From Ramazzottius varieornatus (lineage: Eukaryota; Animalia; Tardigrada): a DNA stretch of 64,000 nt. Location of the stretch: assembly GCA_001949185.1 (NCBI GenBank), contig BDGG01000011.1, positions 1,740,902-1,804,901 on the forward strand, written 5' to 3'. A program made the position numbers and the translations under genes. How positions within the stretch are numbered: position 1 is the stretch's first letter; each line of letters opens with the position of its first letter. Below, piece after piece: positions 24,806-37,320 of this stretch. The notes under the pieces were generated by a model. That model ran no database searches, had not been told where the DNA came from, and was given only the letters and a program-made list of their open reading frames with translations.

Positions 24806-27800
24806 GAAGCAGCTCTGCAAATCCTGAATCCACATACGTATCACCAACAGATTCCGGTTGCAGCGGATTGACACACGCGTCCCCTCTGGACTCCGAGCGC
24901 AGCGTACCAGCTTCTGTCCTGTCGCCAGGTGCTGGTGACAGTGGCTCTCCCAACTCTCAGTTGGCCGATCCCATTATCGCGACTGAGTGTAAAATAACAA
25001 GGTTTGAAAGAAGATCCATGTAGTGTTTGATGGTGTCCCAGCTTGTTTAAACTTAGCCAAGGTCATGCACAGTTATAAATAAGCTCATCGGTAATTCGGT
25101 GCATATCGTTCCAGCGAGCCTAATGTGTGGCTTGATCGCTACACTGAAGTAACATCTTTGGGGACTGGATCATATGGGCGCGTGTTGTAAGTGGTCAGTG
25201 TACGATATCAGTACTACCGTTTGTTGCACATTCTAACAAACCAGGCCCGGACCAGACCTTGCGGTTATAACGGTGTCTTTAGTGCGGCGTTGGACGTGAA
25301 GAACGGGACAAAAGTGGCCGTGAAACAACAGTTCACCGACTTTAACGTCAAGGACAAGAAGGACAAACCAGTTTTAGCTCTACGAGCGTACAGAGAGCTA
25401 TTGTTTTTGTGGACTTTTCGAGGCCATCCGAATGTAGGCCAACATATGCTGTTAGATCTTCTATGTCTGTCTTATGCTCTCCCTGTCTTGAGATATTATT
25501 ATTTTCCTAGTTACTGGAACTGCACGATGCTTTCCCACTACCTAGTGTCGGCCAAATGGCGTATTTGTGCACTGTGACGAACAAGATGGGCCTGGACTTG
25601 GCCGACGCTTTAGAAGAGAAGTTGATCCCAACCGTGATGCGGTCTTATGTTCTGTACAATATTCTATGCGGAATAAAGGTCAGTATCACGATTGTTTCAA
25701 GAGCGGTCCATTCTACTTCAGTTTGTATTACAGTTTCTCCACTCCGCGGACGTAATACATCGGGTACGTTATACGCAGATATTGTTCGCATAATTTTACC
25801 GTATTCCGTCGAGAGTTTCGCGCAGTTACATGACAGACCATAAAAGAATCCGCGGGAGCTGTTGACTGAGCCATGGTCACCCGGGGCATAGTTTATAGGC
25901 CTGTCATGTGACTGCGCGAAACTTTCGAGGGAATAAAGTGATGTATTACGGTGTCGGTGCTCAGCTACTTTATATGGTCCAGCGAATGCACGGAAACCTA
26001 ATAGTTGGTGACTACCAATCGGCAGCCGAGACGGACACCTTTTCTGTCGCGACGTGACACTACAGACCGAAAGAGAAGAAAAATCACAAAAACAAAGACT
26101 GAAACTTGCTCGGATATGACCGACGGGTCCTGATCAGTGTGGTAGTTACTGTGCGATACTACACAGTGCGTATTTTGATCATGTACCAGACAACATAAGT
26201 CCACTAATGTGGTCTACATGGACTGCGCCATAGAAGTGCATCCCCACCCGTGACTACATGGTCTCGTCGTATCGATCGACGTTATGTTACGTCACGTGAA
26301 AGTGGATAGGGATGCACTTTGTGCATTGTAGATAGAAGCTCATTCACAAATGCGATTTTTGTACTGGGTGGGCCGCAGTGAACCATGTGAGTAAATGGTG
26401 CTCATTTATAAATCGGAAAATTGACAAATCATTCACTACAAAAGTACTGTGATTTCGCTCTGAACAGTCGTGGGTACTTTCGGGAGCCTTTTTCATCTGG
26501 TCCGATCCGGGAACTACGATCGGCGAACGAAAATCGAAGGAAAAAAAGGTTGAAAAGTACGTTCAAGTAGGAAGAAAACCAGGGCCGTCGCGGCCTGTAT
26601 CGGATGGAGCAAACTTTTGGTTATGGGACGGTCTCGGTAAACAACAATAACACTATTTTGATTTGATTGATGAATTACTATGGTGCCACAAAACTGCACT
26701 GATATTAGATGGCATGTGTCCAAAGTGCCCTTCAGAATCCAAAAGCTGGTTCCGGCAGCTGCTCACTCAATGGATTCTCGAGAAAGCACTAATGTGTCCC
26801 ATTACGTCGAGCAGTTTCGTTCAACGGCTACCGAGATAAACCCAAAAAACACCTTTTTGTCAACTTTAAGGCTGCATAACTGACCGTTAATCAGATTGAT
26901 GGATATGCCCATTCGGTCATTGTTTTTGCAAATGAATAGCTCTACAAATTGTACCTGATAATCTTGGTTGATTGATTGACCAGTTTTTTCTTCCTGCTCC
27001 AGACAGTCGTATTCATCGCACTTCACGCATAGACATAATCATACCTCAAAGCAAGAGACGAAGGTAGCAAGCTTGGATTTATAAATAGGTGAGGACCATA
27101 TCGAGGCTAAGAGTACGAGATTACCCCGACCGACATCAGATTTTTTTGGCCTACCTTACTCAACCGATGTCAAGAAAGTCTGAGTCCATAATTCCCACAA
27201 TACTAGTGAGCATAAGTAAAAGCACAGAAATGATAACAGCCATACTCATGTTAGCGGAGGAAGAGCTACTCTTGATCGGCGAAGAAGTCCATATCGTCCC
27301 CATCGTCTAACTCCTCGCAGGTGTGGCTCTTTTCCGTTCCACCAGATTCTGAAGGGCACATTGGACACATGCGATCTAATATCAGTGCAGTTTTGTGGCA
27401 CCATGGTAATTCATCAATCAAATCAAAATAGTGTTATTGTTGTTTACCGAGACCTTCCCATAACCAAAAGTTTGCTCCATCCGATAGAGGCCGCGACGGC
27501 CCTGAAGAAAACTATACGATTCGCTTTTGCATTACAGTCGTCGGCTACGAACGAATGATTTGAGCACTGCCAAACGTAGGTCAAATCAGGTACTTCCATG
27601 TCGCTGCTCGAGTTTAATCAGCCCTGACATGTAACGATATGGCACCTTTCACGATGGTGCCTGCCAAGCCAGTCAACAGACCATGGGTTTCCGTGATGGT
27701 GGCTGACTTTGAACCCCTACACGAAGGTACTGGGGCCAGCGCAGCACTGACCTAATTTCTGCTGAACAGCTGCCAATTCCGCCGGTGGATCGGGTGGGGG

Positions 27801-29220
27801 GGGGGGTTGAGGGCATATGGTCTCGATCTTGTACGAGGTCCCATGAGTCTTGTGGTATCAGTGTTACTTTACGGTGATCCTTCGCCTAGACTGATCCTGG
27901 TATTGCAACTCGTAGGACTTGAAACCGTCGAACATTGGAATTTCGCTCGACGGCGACAAGAATATTATCGACGTTCGCCTTCTTGATTTTGGCTTGGTCC
28001 GAAAGCTCAAAGTCGAAATGTCGTACTTGGTGCAGGCGATGTGGTATCGCGCACCAGAAGTATGGCTTCACCCTGGGTCATATGGGAAACCTGGTAAGGC
28101 CTCCTACAGTAGTTTTCGTCCTATTTTTTTCAGGCTTCTTATCGATGTTATGCTTTTGCAGTATTTCGCTGTCGACTGTGTGACTAATAATTCGTTGCAT
28201 TGGCAGACAGTTGATTCTTTCCTTGTTTTGCAGTCGACATATGGTCGGTTGGGTGTATTCTAGGAGAATTGATTGGTGGACAAGTTTTGATGCGAGGGGG
28301 CACAGGTATTTTACGTCTCGTTATCTGTTTCTTGACAATACATATCCAGTATAGATGCTCGAAACCCCATCTTGGTTATGCCTTGCGCTAAAAATATCAT
28401 CATTGACAGCTACGGGAGATCAGCTGAAGACAATTCACAAACACCTTGGACAAGTGGATAAATGTTACCTAGAAACTGTGGACGTTTTCGTAAGTTTTCG
28501 AACTTTTGACAGTTGTGGCGGCAAATCAGCTTTTGCATGAAACGACGGCTTGTAAAAGGATTCGGCAACTCTGTTTTTGACATGTTGCTGTTTCTCAGTA
28601 TCGTCAAGTGCTGAACAGCCCACCAGCCGTGTACACCCCTATATCCACATTCTTGCGTGATGCAACCGCCCAAGGTATCAGTTTGATATTCTTTATACAT
28701 GTCAAGGGTGTTGGCCAGAGTCCGAGGCAGGTACACGCGCCTGACCTATTTACCGGTCTGGAGAAAATTTCCGGCCACCGGCCGAAAGCGCCACCGCTTC
28801 GATTTGATTGGTCAGTTTTGCTGACAGTAGCCGCTTTCGGCCGGTGGCCGGAAATTAGGCCAGGCGCGTGTATTACCAAATATATCTTACTTTCGCAGAA
28901 CTGGACCTTCTTAACCACTTACTATTGTGGATTCCGGAAGAGCGGCTGACTTCCGCTGACTGCTTGAAACATTCCTACTTTTCGAACATAGTAGAGAAGA
29001 AGGGCGATGGAGAGGTCTTCAGTGGAAGTCTTCCCGATGTAGCCTTTGAAGACTGGAACGATAAGACACCAAAGTTTTGGAGGAGTAAGCTTACTTTTTA
29101 ATACGTGATGCAGACCACTGCACTGAACTAAGTCTCACAGTAAAGAAGGCACTTTTCTGCCCGTGATCACGCAGTATCGCGCATCATTGATCAAAGAATT
29201 ATAACAGATCACGGGTAGGG
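24806..29220 (+). CDS. MAP kinase-like (CMGC) protein kinase with atypical activation loop; both termini uncertain
   Basis: Spliced exons give RYTEVTSLGTGSYGRV (25115-25186), AALDVKNGTKVAVK..RAYRELLFLWTFRGHPN, FLHSADVIHR|DLKPSN, DFGLVRKLKVEMSYLVQAMWYRAPE, DIWSVGCILGEL and PEERLTSADCLKHSYF. The internal junctions are GT-AG and in frame. Confidence 0.9.
25799..25938. mobile_element. 140-bp MITE in the kinase HR|D intron
   Basis: TA|CCGTATTCCGTCGAGAGTTTCGCGCAGTTACATGACAGACC ... GGCCTGTCATGTGACTGCGCGAAACTTTCGAGGGAATAAAG, imperfect TIRs of about 45 bp. Homologous to 15069-15205. Confidence 0.8.
26580..27504. mobile_element. Non-autonomous hAT element (925 bp) with 160-bp TIRs
   Basis: CAGGGCC...GGCCCTG ends. 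Arms 26580-26739 and 27345-27504 are near-identical inverted copies. Perfect 8-bp TSD AAGAAAAC. Confidence 0.93.
28734..28870. mobile_element. 137-bp pogo-type MITE in a kinase intron
   Basis: TA|CACGCGCCTGACCTA...TAGGCCAGGCGCGTG|TA plus an inner palindrome (AATTTCCGGCCACCGGCCGAAAGCG). The TIR resembles that of 18876-19762. Confidence 0.88.
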
Positions 29221-29890
29221 AAACACTTTTTTTAATGTGGCTCTTTCACCATCATTCTGTTGCAAAACATTTTGAACCGAGTATCCAATTACGGAGTTTA
29301 GGTTGGATCAGCAAACAAATCACACTCATCAGAAACAAACTTTCCGAAGATGTGTCCCCTCAAAGCAAGAAGCATTCAGCGGACTGCACTATTGGGATGC
29401 CAGCATCGCACTATACACCAGCTACTACCAAGAAAAACGACCGTAGAGAATGAAAACTGACAATTTTGACCGTGGGCTTGACGATGAATTGACTGGAAAC
29501 ATAAATTCGTTATGTCGCCATTGTGAAATGTATTCGAGGTAGACTTAAGTCTGGCTACAAGCTGTTCGCTTCGCCTTCGGCTCGCTCGCAGCTTATCGAT
29601 GATGTAGAAAAACGGAAACGGAGAGCGGCAGTGCAAATATTGAAAGGTTTGGGCAGTTCGGACAGCGAAGATCCCGTAGGCTCGCTCTAAACATAGTGGA
29701 CTCACGACGGAACGTTCGAGTGCAAAAATTCAGGCCATAGAAATACTTCGATGTTGTTTGATTTCAAACCTAATTTTTTTATCAGATATAAAGTGATACC
29801 CGGAAAGTTTGTCACGGCTTTTGACGTTCGCGCTTGAAGACCAATGTCTTGAAACCGTAACCAAGCTTATTAGGATAGCCACTTTTCGGT

Positions 29891-30674
29891 TAGTGATGTT
29901 GGCATGTATAAATATCATATTAAATTAGAGCCTATTAGATGCTTTTTGCATCTAACATATCACATTAACATTTATTAGATACTCGATCGAGGTGGGATAT
30001 TTTTCAATTCTAAATTAGATGGGAGCCAGAACGGAAGATATTATATTTAAATCAACTAGCAGGGCGCTCTATATCAGAATTATTAACCGCGATTTCGGTT
30101 TTGGTTTGATTAAGAATAACGCTTGGATTTGCCTCATCGAAAGCTCGTGACTGTGCACTGTGCGCTGCCAGGTTCGATCTCAACGCATCATGCACCTGCA
30201 CGTGAGAGCACAGTGATGAACGTTCAGGGTATAGATTGATTGTCACGCTTTGTTTGAACAGTGTAGGAATATGAGTTTCACGATTCACCTACTGTACCTA
30301 CTAACAATGCGCATTCCGGAGTGTGACGCTGCTTGCTACTCCAGGTCCGGTTTTGCGTTTCCGAACGGTCTGTTTGTCGTCTCTTTTTTCATAAAATTAT
30401 TTATGGAGGACAGTTCCGTGGCTTCGGTTACAGCAAAATAGAGTTATGACTGAGAAAGAAAGCTGCGTTGCCCTGTACACGCATCAGAAATATTATAATA
30501 TATTATAATAAGGACCCGACGAAACAAGTTAATATATTGACATCATATTAGATGCTCCGAGGTCGTGGCATATTACTATGTATATTAAGATTATGTTAGA
30601 AATCCGGCAGCCCGAGCTTATTAAATCAAAATTATATTACAGTAAGTCTGAATACCCTTACGCCAACATCACTA
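29891..30674. mobile_element. Non-autonomous hAT element (784 bp)
   Basis: 13-bp TIR TAGTGATGTTGGC/GCCAACATCACTA, TSD TTTTCGGT/TCTTCGGT (7 of 8 match), and AT-rich subterminal ATATTA/ATTAGAT repeats. Confidence 0.85.
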
Positions 30675-31588
30675 TCTTCGGTCTTCCGTGAAATCTGAGC
30701 CGAAAAAAGAAACTGTCGACTAGTTACTGGAAGTACTGCTTTCCCGGCGTAGACTTTTAGCGAACCGATCTAGACCGATCTAGAGCCAGATTTATAGAAG
30801 ACTAGGTATTCGGTGTGCCAGCTCCAAGTCGAGATACACCCGATGAAACTGTTTCACAAATGCGGCTAAAGATCCGAGAAGAATGCAATTCTTTTCTCGA
30901 GATTTCGTTCCAGTTAGGTATTCAGTACAGGAATTGCATAGCTAGCAGAAAAATTCGAGCAGTATGTATGTTCTGTCCAACGGTTGTTCGGGTACAGCGG
31001 AAATTTTGGAACTTGTTTGTTCGGTCAGGCTGATTCCGCCAGAGTGTGGAACCAAGCTTTCTGGAAGCATCTAACCAAAGCCACTCTCGCAGCAGTTAAC
31101 TGGGTTAAGGCCATGAAACTATAGTCCTAAAACTTGCGTTTATCGCAAATAGCGGGGGAAGCGCTCACTCACCACATGAACCGCGCTGCATAGGAAAATA
31201 GAGGGGAACATGCAGAGAGACAGTGCGAAGTTAGTAGGAAGCCTTGCTTTCTACTTCCCCTCAGACGATCAGATGGCAAGAGTGACCATCCCGCAATGTA
31301 CTTCGTTGGATGAAATATTCAAACTAAATCTTACGAGAAATTTTTGGCGAAGACAAACGAATAGCCGAAAGAATAGAGTATCGTTCGATACCAAACATAA
31401 AACCAGATAAAATTTGCACCGTACTGTGCAAGCAGTACTGTAGAGTGTCGATGTTGCAGCCAGAATTGAGAAGGGCCAGAGAGCAGAGATTTCCGACCTG
31501 CGAGCGGTTTTCTTCTTATAACTTAATGCTTAATTGTCACACGGTTCTTGTTCTTTCGAGTTTACAAAGTCGAAAGTTTCATCCAGTA

Positions 31589-31789
31589 CATGCACAACCG
31601 GAAATCATGGGGCCAGTAAAAGTTATGGGACCAGGCCTTTACACTACGACGGTACGGAAACACGTACGTACGTGACCGGTTCACAGTGATGCACTTTTTG
31701 ACACTTTTGTACGTTTGAATTTCCATTTTGCCGTCTTTTCCGCTTGGTCCCATAATTCTTACCGGCCCCATAATTTCCCGTCGTGCGTG
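31589..31789. mobile_element. 201-bp pogo-type MITE
   Basis: TA|CATGCACAACCGGAAATCATGGGGCCAGTAAAAGTTATGGGACCA ... TGGTCCCATAATTCTTACCGGCCCCATAATTTCCCGTCGTGCGTG|TA. Confidence 0.85.
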
Positions 31790-34700
31790 TACGGTTTGTA
31801 CAAACGTTTATTTCGGAAAAAATTCTTGGTGGTGTTCCTTAGTTAGCAGGTGGTGCACGTAGTAAACGGTGGTGATGATTTGGAATTGAAAGGTGGTATC
31901 ATGTGACCACCGTGGTGAAAGGAGCCTTCCCCTAACACTTATAGTACGACCACACTCTTTACGAGTACAACGCGTCAGTTTTGTTCTCCTCCCAAAATTG
32001 GGCTTTTGGTCTTTCTGCGATTTTTCGTTTTCCTGTGACTCGAAATTACCACCGAATAGGGGTGACATATGGTCAACGAAAGCCCAGCACGACAGAAAAC
32101 AGTTTTACGATTTTGGGTGGTTTTGCTAGTATTGTGAAATTCGCGTTTTTTCTGTAGCAACATACATTCCTTTCGCTCAGAAAACACTCTAGCAATGAGA
32201 ACAGATCCTTCTTTCGAGCCTGAGCCTGTCTCCAATTTAGTTAGCACCAGAGTGTTGGGAGAAACATCAAAACGGTCAAAGATACTTTTTCCAAATTGGC
32301 CTGTTAGGCCTGCCAGTTTTCGTAATTTTACGGTCTACAGCTCCAGCACAGATTTTATCTTTCTGGTCAAGGTTCGGCCGTTGCGGGAACCCGGCTTTTA
32401 AGTTGACCGAGCGCACCGTCCGGTACATCCTCTTCCAACTTGAGCCATCCTTTTTTCATCTCACAGGCTGCCTCTTAAGGGAAGACTGACCTAGCTCGAG
32501 CAGCTCACGAGTCGACGGGCGTTGCTCATTACCCAAATGAAATATCAGTCACAAGAAACGTTGCATGGTCGAACAATTGGTCTTAATGCGCACTGGCGGA
32601 AACAGTTTCGCAAAAGTACCGTATCCTCGGATGAATTTTAAGCTCGAACTGATCGAAAAACCGTTTTAAATTCACTGATACTCGGAAAGTGGCCTGAATT
32701 TCTCACTTCAAATAATATTACATACAGTACATCTCGATGAAATGAGGAGCTTCACGGACTGGAATCTGAAGACCGTTTCTGGGTGCGGTACAACGGTGCT
32801 CTCTCTATGACCAGAGAGACGCTTTAGAGTGAGATTACTCGGAACCCATGCACCGTTATTGCCGTTCCTTCGGTAGGAAGATGTTTACACCTATTGTCTA
32901 GTTCCGCGTATATTTTGAGATTTTCTAAGTAGCTTCTGATTTTTCATTGGATTTTTGAAGTTGCACCGGTCGACTGTTGTAAATATGGCATCGAATCGAG
33001 AGCAATTTTAACGCCCGTCTTCCGTGCTCTTTTTCCGTGCGCTAAGCCCGGCCATTCTGTGGTCATCTTATCGATCACCTTTATGACTTGCCAATCACCC
33101 TGAAAGACACCACGCGGAGAAAAGCCAGATCATTAGGGACGCTAACCACTAAACAGTAGAGGGAGACTAGGTGCAGGCAGGGCCCTGGTCGACCGCTCCA
33201 CCGCAAGCTCCCAGATCGTTCTTGTTTGAAGAAATTTTGTGTAAATTTGCCTATGGAACTTTCTAACGCGTAAATAACATCTTCTGGTAGACGAAGGCTT
33301 TCTCTACACGGCTGAACAGTTAGGGAAAACGTGCTGAATGACTCCACTTGCGTGTCAGTCTCCCTTAACGGTGAAATTACTAATACAAGAGTCATTTAAT
33401 AACACAAGTGCCAATACAAGTACTAATTTAACGTTCAAGACCTATACGAGAGGCAATCTGTTGTCCGTTCTCGGTCCTAGACTCGATGCCGCGGTTCCCT
33501 GGCTAACTTCTCACGCTGATCGAGTAAAATATAAGGACCACAGTCCTAACTCTCACGGGAAGGGAGGTCCAGAGATCACATGACCGGAAATCCCTGGATC
33601 TCCTCCCCCAGCCCCACCCCCTGCCCTGGCTTTATACCACAGTTATTCCGGCCTGCGCTGCATAACTACCCAAGTTTCGCTCATCGAGCAAGGAAACGCG
33701 TGGTATACAGGAGTTGTCTCTTATCCGAGATTTTTCCAACTCATAAGCTGCCACTTACGGTGGAATCACTAATACAGGAGTCAGCAAGAGTGGGTCTGCA
33801 CGCATACCATGTGGTGCTTTAAGCAGCATGTACTACCAGGACCATCTAGGTGCAGCTGTGTATGGTTAGCCTTGGCACCACGATCGGCCAGGAGCAGATT
33901 ACTGTTGTCGAGGGGCCAGATGAGTTCCTCAATGACGTAGCGCCTGCCAAGCGGCGACACGAAAATCCGAAAATTTTACCAGTTGTAGATTTTCGAACCT
34001 TCATATGGCAGCCTGTCTGGGACCCTGCTTCGAACCCGTTTTTCTAAAGAGTAGCAACTTCTGTCACTGTAACATCGGTAAAGTTCACCAAATCAAGAAT
34101 AAGCAGGCTCTAGATAGGCACGAAGCCCATCAACCTCATTTTTCCCACTGGGGTGCCTCATAGACGGGTTCAAAAGTTGCAAGCAAGCCGTCGAGGATAC
34201 CGGAGACGAAGACAAGCCAGAAAGAAAATCTTGAGTTTCGGCCCTGGCAGGAGTCAAAGTTTACCTACAAACCTACCCCGCGTAACTCGCGCACTTTCGG
34301 TCCGGTTTCTGAAATCAGCGAAAAAATCAGATTTCCTTTCCCTTATGCTTGATTTGAGTTGATCAAACTGATATAAATGTTACATCAGCCGCTTTCAACA
34401 TAAAACTTAGTTTTTAGGCCCGTCATGAGTAACACTAATCTAGTCGAGTTTCCGTGCGGCCATGCTAACTTTGTGCAACCGCTTTTTCAAAGCTGTATGT
34501 AAATTCAGCCTCACACGCGTTTGCCTCATGTCTTTACCAAGAAGATAGCCTTTTCTGAGAACTACAAGGTTTGTTTGGAAGCAACTCGTTTCAAACTTCG
34601 AGCGCAGAAAGGTATCACTGATCCGAGCAGATTACAACTTTCTTGGCGAAATTTAATTCTCCCTGAGTCTACATTCGTGCCTTTCATCCAAACTATAGCT

Positions 34701-34899
34701 TTTTAGATGGTAAATCAGATAATCGAGCCTATGACGTAATGCAGTGCAATTAAACCGTAGAAAATTGTCTTGGACAGTGCCCATCAGCCGACCAGCTGTT
34801 TGACTTTTGCGTTTCGAGGCTGCGGATTGTTCATTTACTTTCTTTCAGAGACGCTCTCTAATCCATATCGTTTCCGTAAGCGTCTTTTCATAATTTCCT

Positions 34900-35098
34900 G
34901 GAGTTTCAACACCAAGCGACCTCGACGGTACACCGAAAAAGTCCTGAAGGACGCGCTTTCTGCTATTCAGTACGTACGTACAGCAAAGCAGCCTTCAGTG
35001 CTAGTTTTTACTTGTAGTAAGAATCACCTGCCCGTGCCGCCGTAGCGAAAAGACCTGTCTCGTACTTTTTACTGTCCCATACTTACCCATCGTGCGTG
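34900..35098 (+). mobile_element. pogo relic: HTH_psq fragment plus right TIR
   Basis: KRPRRYTEKVLKDALSAI resembles the HTH at 19098. The end GTCCCATACTTACCCATCGTGCGTG|TA resembles the right TIR of 31589-31789. Left end not found. Confidence 0.55.
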
Positions 35099-35142
35099 TA
35101 CTGAACGGGATGCGCTGTCTGAGACTCTGTAGTGCCACGGAA

Positions 35143-36600
35143 CTAAATACGTACGGCTTTCGGTTTTTCCTTCTTCGCTCTGTTTCGGTTCAGGGTTTCG
35201 GCTTGGCCACAGTCATGCGCAGTACTGACATGGGTGCCCTTCAAGGGTAGCTCATTTTCAAATTGGAGCAAACAACGGGCATATTCCGTTACCCGATGTG
35301 ACTGGAAACCCTTTGTGGTCGCAGTATAGACAACCGCCTTGCCCACTGAAATTCATCTGATTCATGAGCCATGCTTTGGCAGGAAGATCGGCACCGATCG
35401 CCGACACACAAAAGACTATCCGCGTTTGCACTTTATCGACCACCAGATAATAACCTTTAGTAAAATGAGTATGTAAGTCCAGAAATATAGAAATGGGACG
35501 TTATATATATTTTGTGGATGGTTGGCTCTCAAGATCGTGTTAATTTTTTGCTTTGCTATTGTATTTACGCCTGGTTTACCTTCCGAATTTATGCGATCAA
35601 GCTCGGTTTGCAGCCGCTTGCAAGTACCATTGATCGGCAGCTTTCCTTTTCCTTGCCAGAGTTAAAGAGTGATGACTTTATGGATCAGAAATCTTCTCTC
35701 TCGGTCGAGTTGATCAGTCATGCCGCTGCGCAATAGCCAATGTAGGAAAAAAAATGCCCGTATGTATGTAGTGTCCGTCATGTGACCGTCGACTCGTCAT
35801 CGGGTTGGTTAATTCAGGCAAATCCGGATTCGCCTACGTAACGGCTCCATGCGTGCAACGTACATACGCGGCTGGCACATCGGTTTGAGCCGTGATTTTA
35901 GACTCAGCATTGCCGTTCCCCAACTGTTTTACACATTTTGAGTTTTCAGCGGCATGCCTGGAGTTGATCTATGGCAAGGAAAACCGGCCAGACAGATTCG
36001 TTGGAGAACCCAAAAATCTGCAGACCGTCAGTTCTATTGTCAGGCTCATAATTTTGAACGGTTTAGCGATGACACCCGCAAAATAATTCCGCACTCGTTA
36101 TAGGAGTTTGTTGTGCTCTTTTCCGTCTGTTACATCTTGTATGGCAGCTCGGAATGGGTTGCATGGTCCATCAAGCTCTAGCTTTTCGTCTGCAAAATTT
36201 CCTTCTTTGGTCAATGGGGTTGTCCATATGTACGGAAAATTTCTTATTAATACCGCAATATCTCACCCTCGGTTATCTTAGTAATCTGATGCTGAAAATC
36301 GGCTAACAGCACCTTAGACCTGCAGATCGGCTCCCTGAACAAAAAAATTGTGCCATTTGCAAGTCGTAAAATCAGTCCAGATATCGTATTTCAATTGCTA
36401 TTTGTCCACTAAATCGGAGCTCATCATGTCTCTTCGCAGTCTTCCCGTTTATCACCTCAATCACACCGCAGTTCCTACACACATGATGAAGTGCTTTTTT
36501 TGTCAAATCTCACTTAGCACATGTTCCAAATTTTTGAGCTGTTTCCAGTCCAGACTCAGCACTAACAGGACGATAATGTCTCTCATCGCTTGAAATGATA
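35143..36600 (-). mobile_element. Degenerate CMC (EnSpm/Mirage-like) transposase
   Basis: ADLPAKAWLMNQMNFSGQGGCLYCDHKG (35258-35443) and frameshifted SLTI..TDGLQIFGFSNESVWPVFLAI (about 35965-36050) match Transposase_21-type motifs. No termini found. Confidence 0.7.
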
Positions 36601-37320
36601 GCGACTGACGCAGGGCCATAATTGCAAACAAAGTGAACAAAGGCAGGAACGTTAGGCCACGCTTCGTCAACCTATCCATCACCTTCCGGTAATTTAGCTA
36701 CAAAAGTCAGTGGTGTCCCGGTGTAATTTATGTGCCAGATACAACGGACCACATATCACACTTCCCTTCCACCCAACACGGGTTTTGCAAGCTATGGGTC
36801 AACCACACGCTACGCGTGTTTAAAAACTAGGGTCCAGTCTCCCTATTATTGTGCATATACTGTATCAACGCCTGGCACACACTGTATCAACCAGTGTTGA
36901 AGGTCAGTTCAAGGTATTGACGGCGCATAGACACTCCGATAAACATTTGTCGGCGATCGAACCCTCACCGACTAACCTCCCTTATGTTTCCTTAAAGTCA
37001 GAGATGGCTCGTTCGCAGCTGATGCTCAATAGTTCTATGTTCACCGCTTTTTTGCGCAACTGTATTTTCTGCTGTGGCTGTCTTCAGCCTTTTGGCGATA
37101 CAAGGCAAGCCTAAAAACTTCTAGTTCCTCTATCTGTTTGTTTGGCGCACAGGTTTGGGGATATGATCTTCCGCGAATGCGATGCCGTTCACGTTTGAGA
37201 CGCACCGTGCAAAATGTCCCGACTTCATAGGCGGATTCTAATTAACTAGCGTGTGCTATACTATATATATGATAGCCAAGTGGAGATCTAACAAACCAGC
37301 CAGATTTCGGAGCCAATGTT

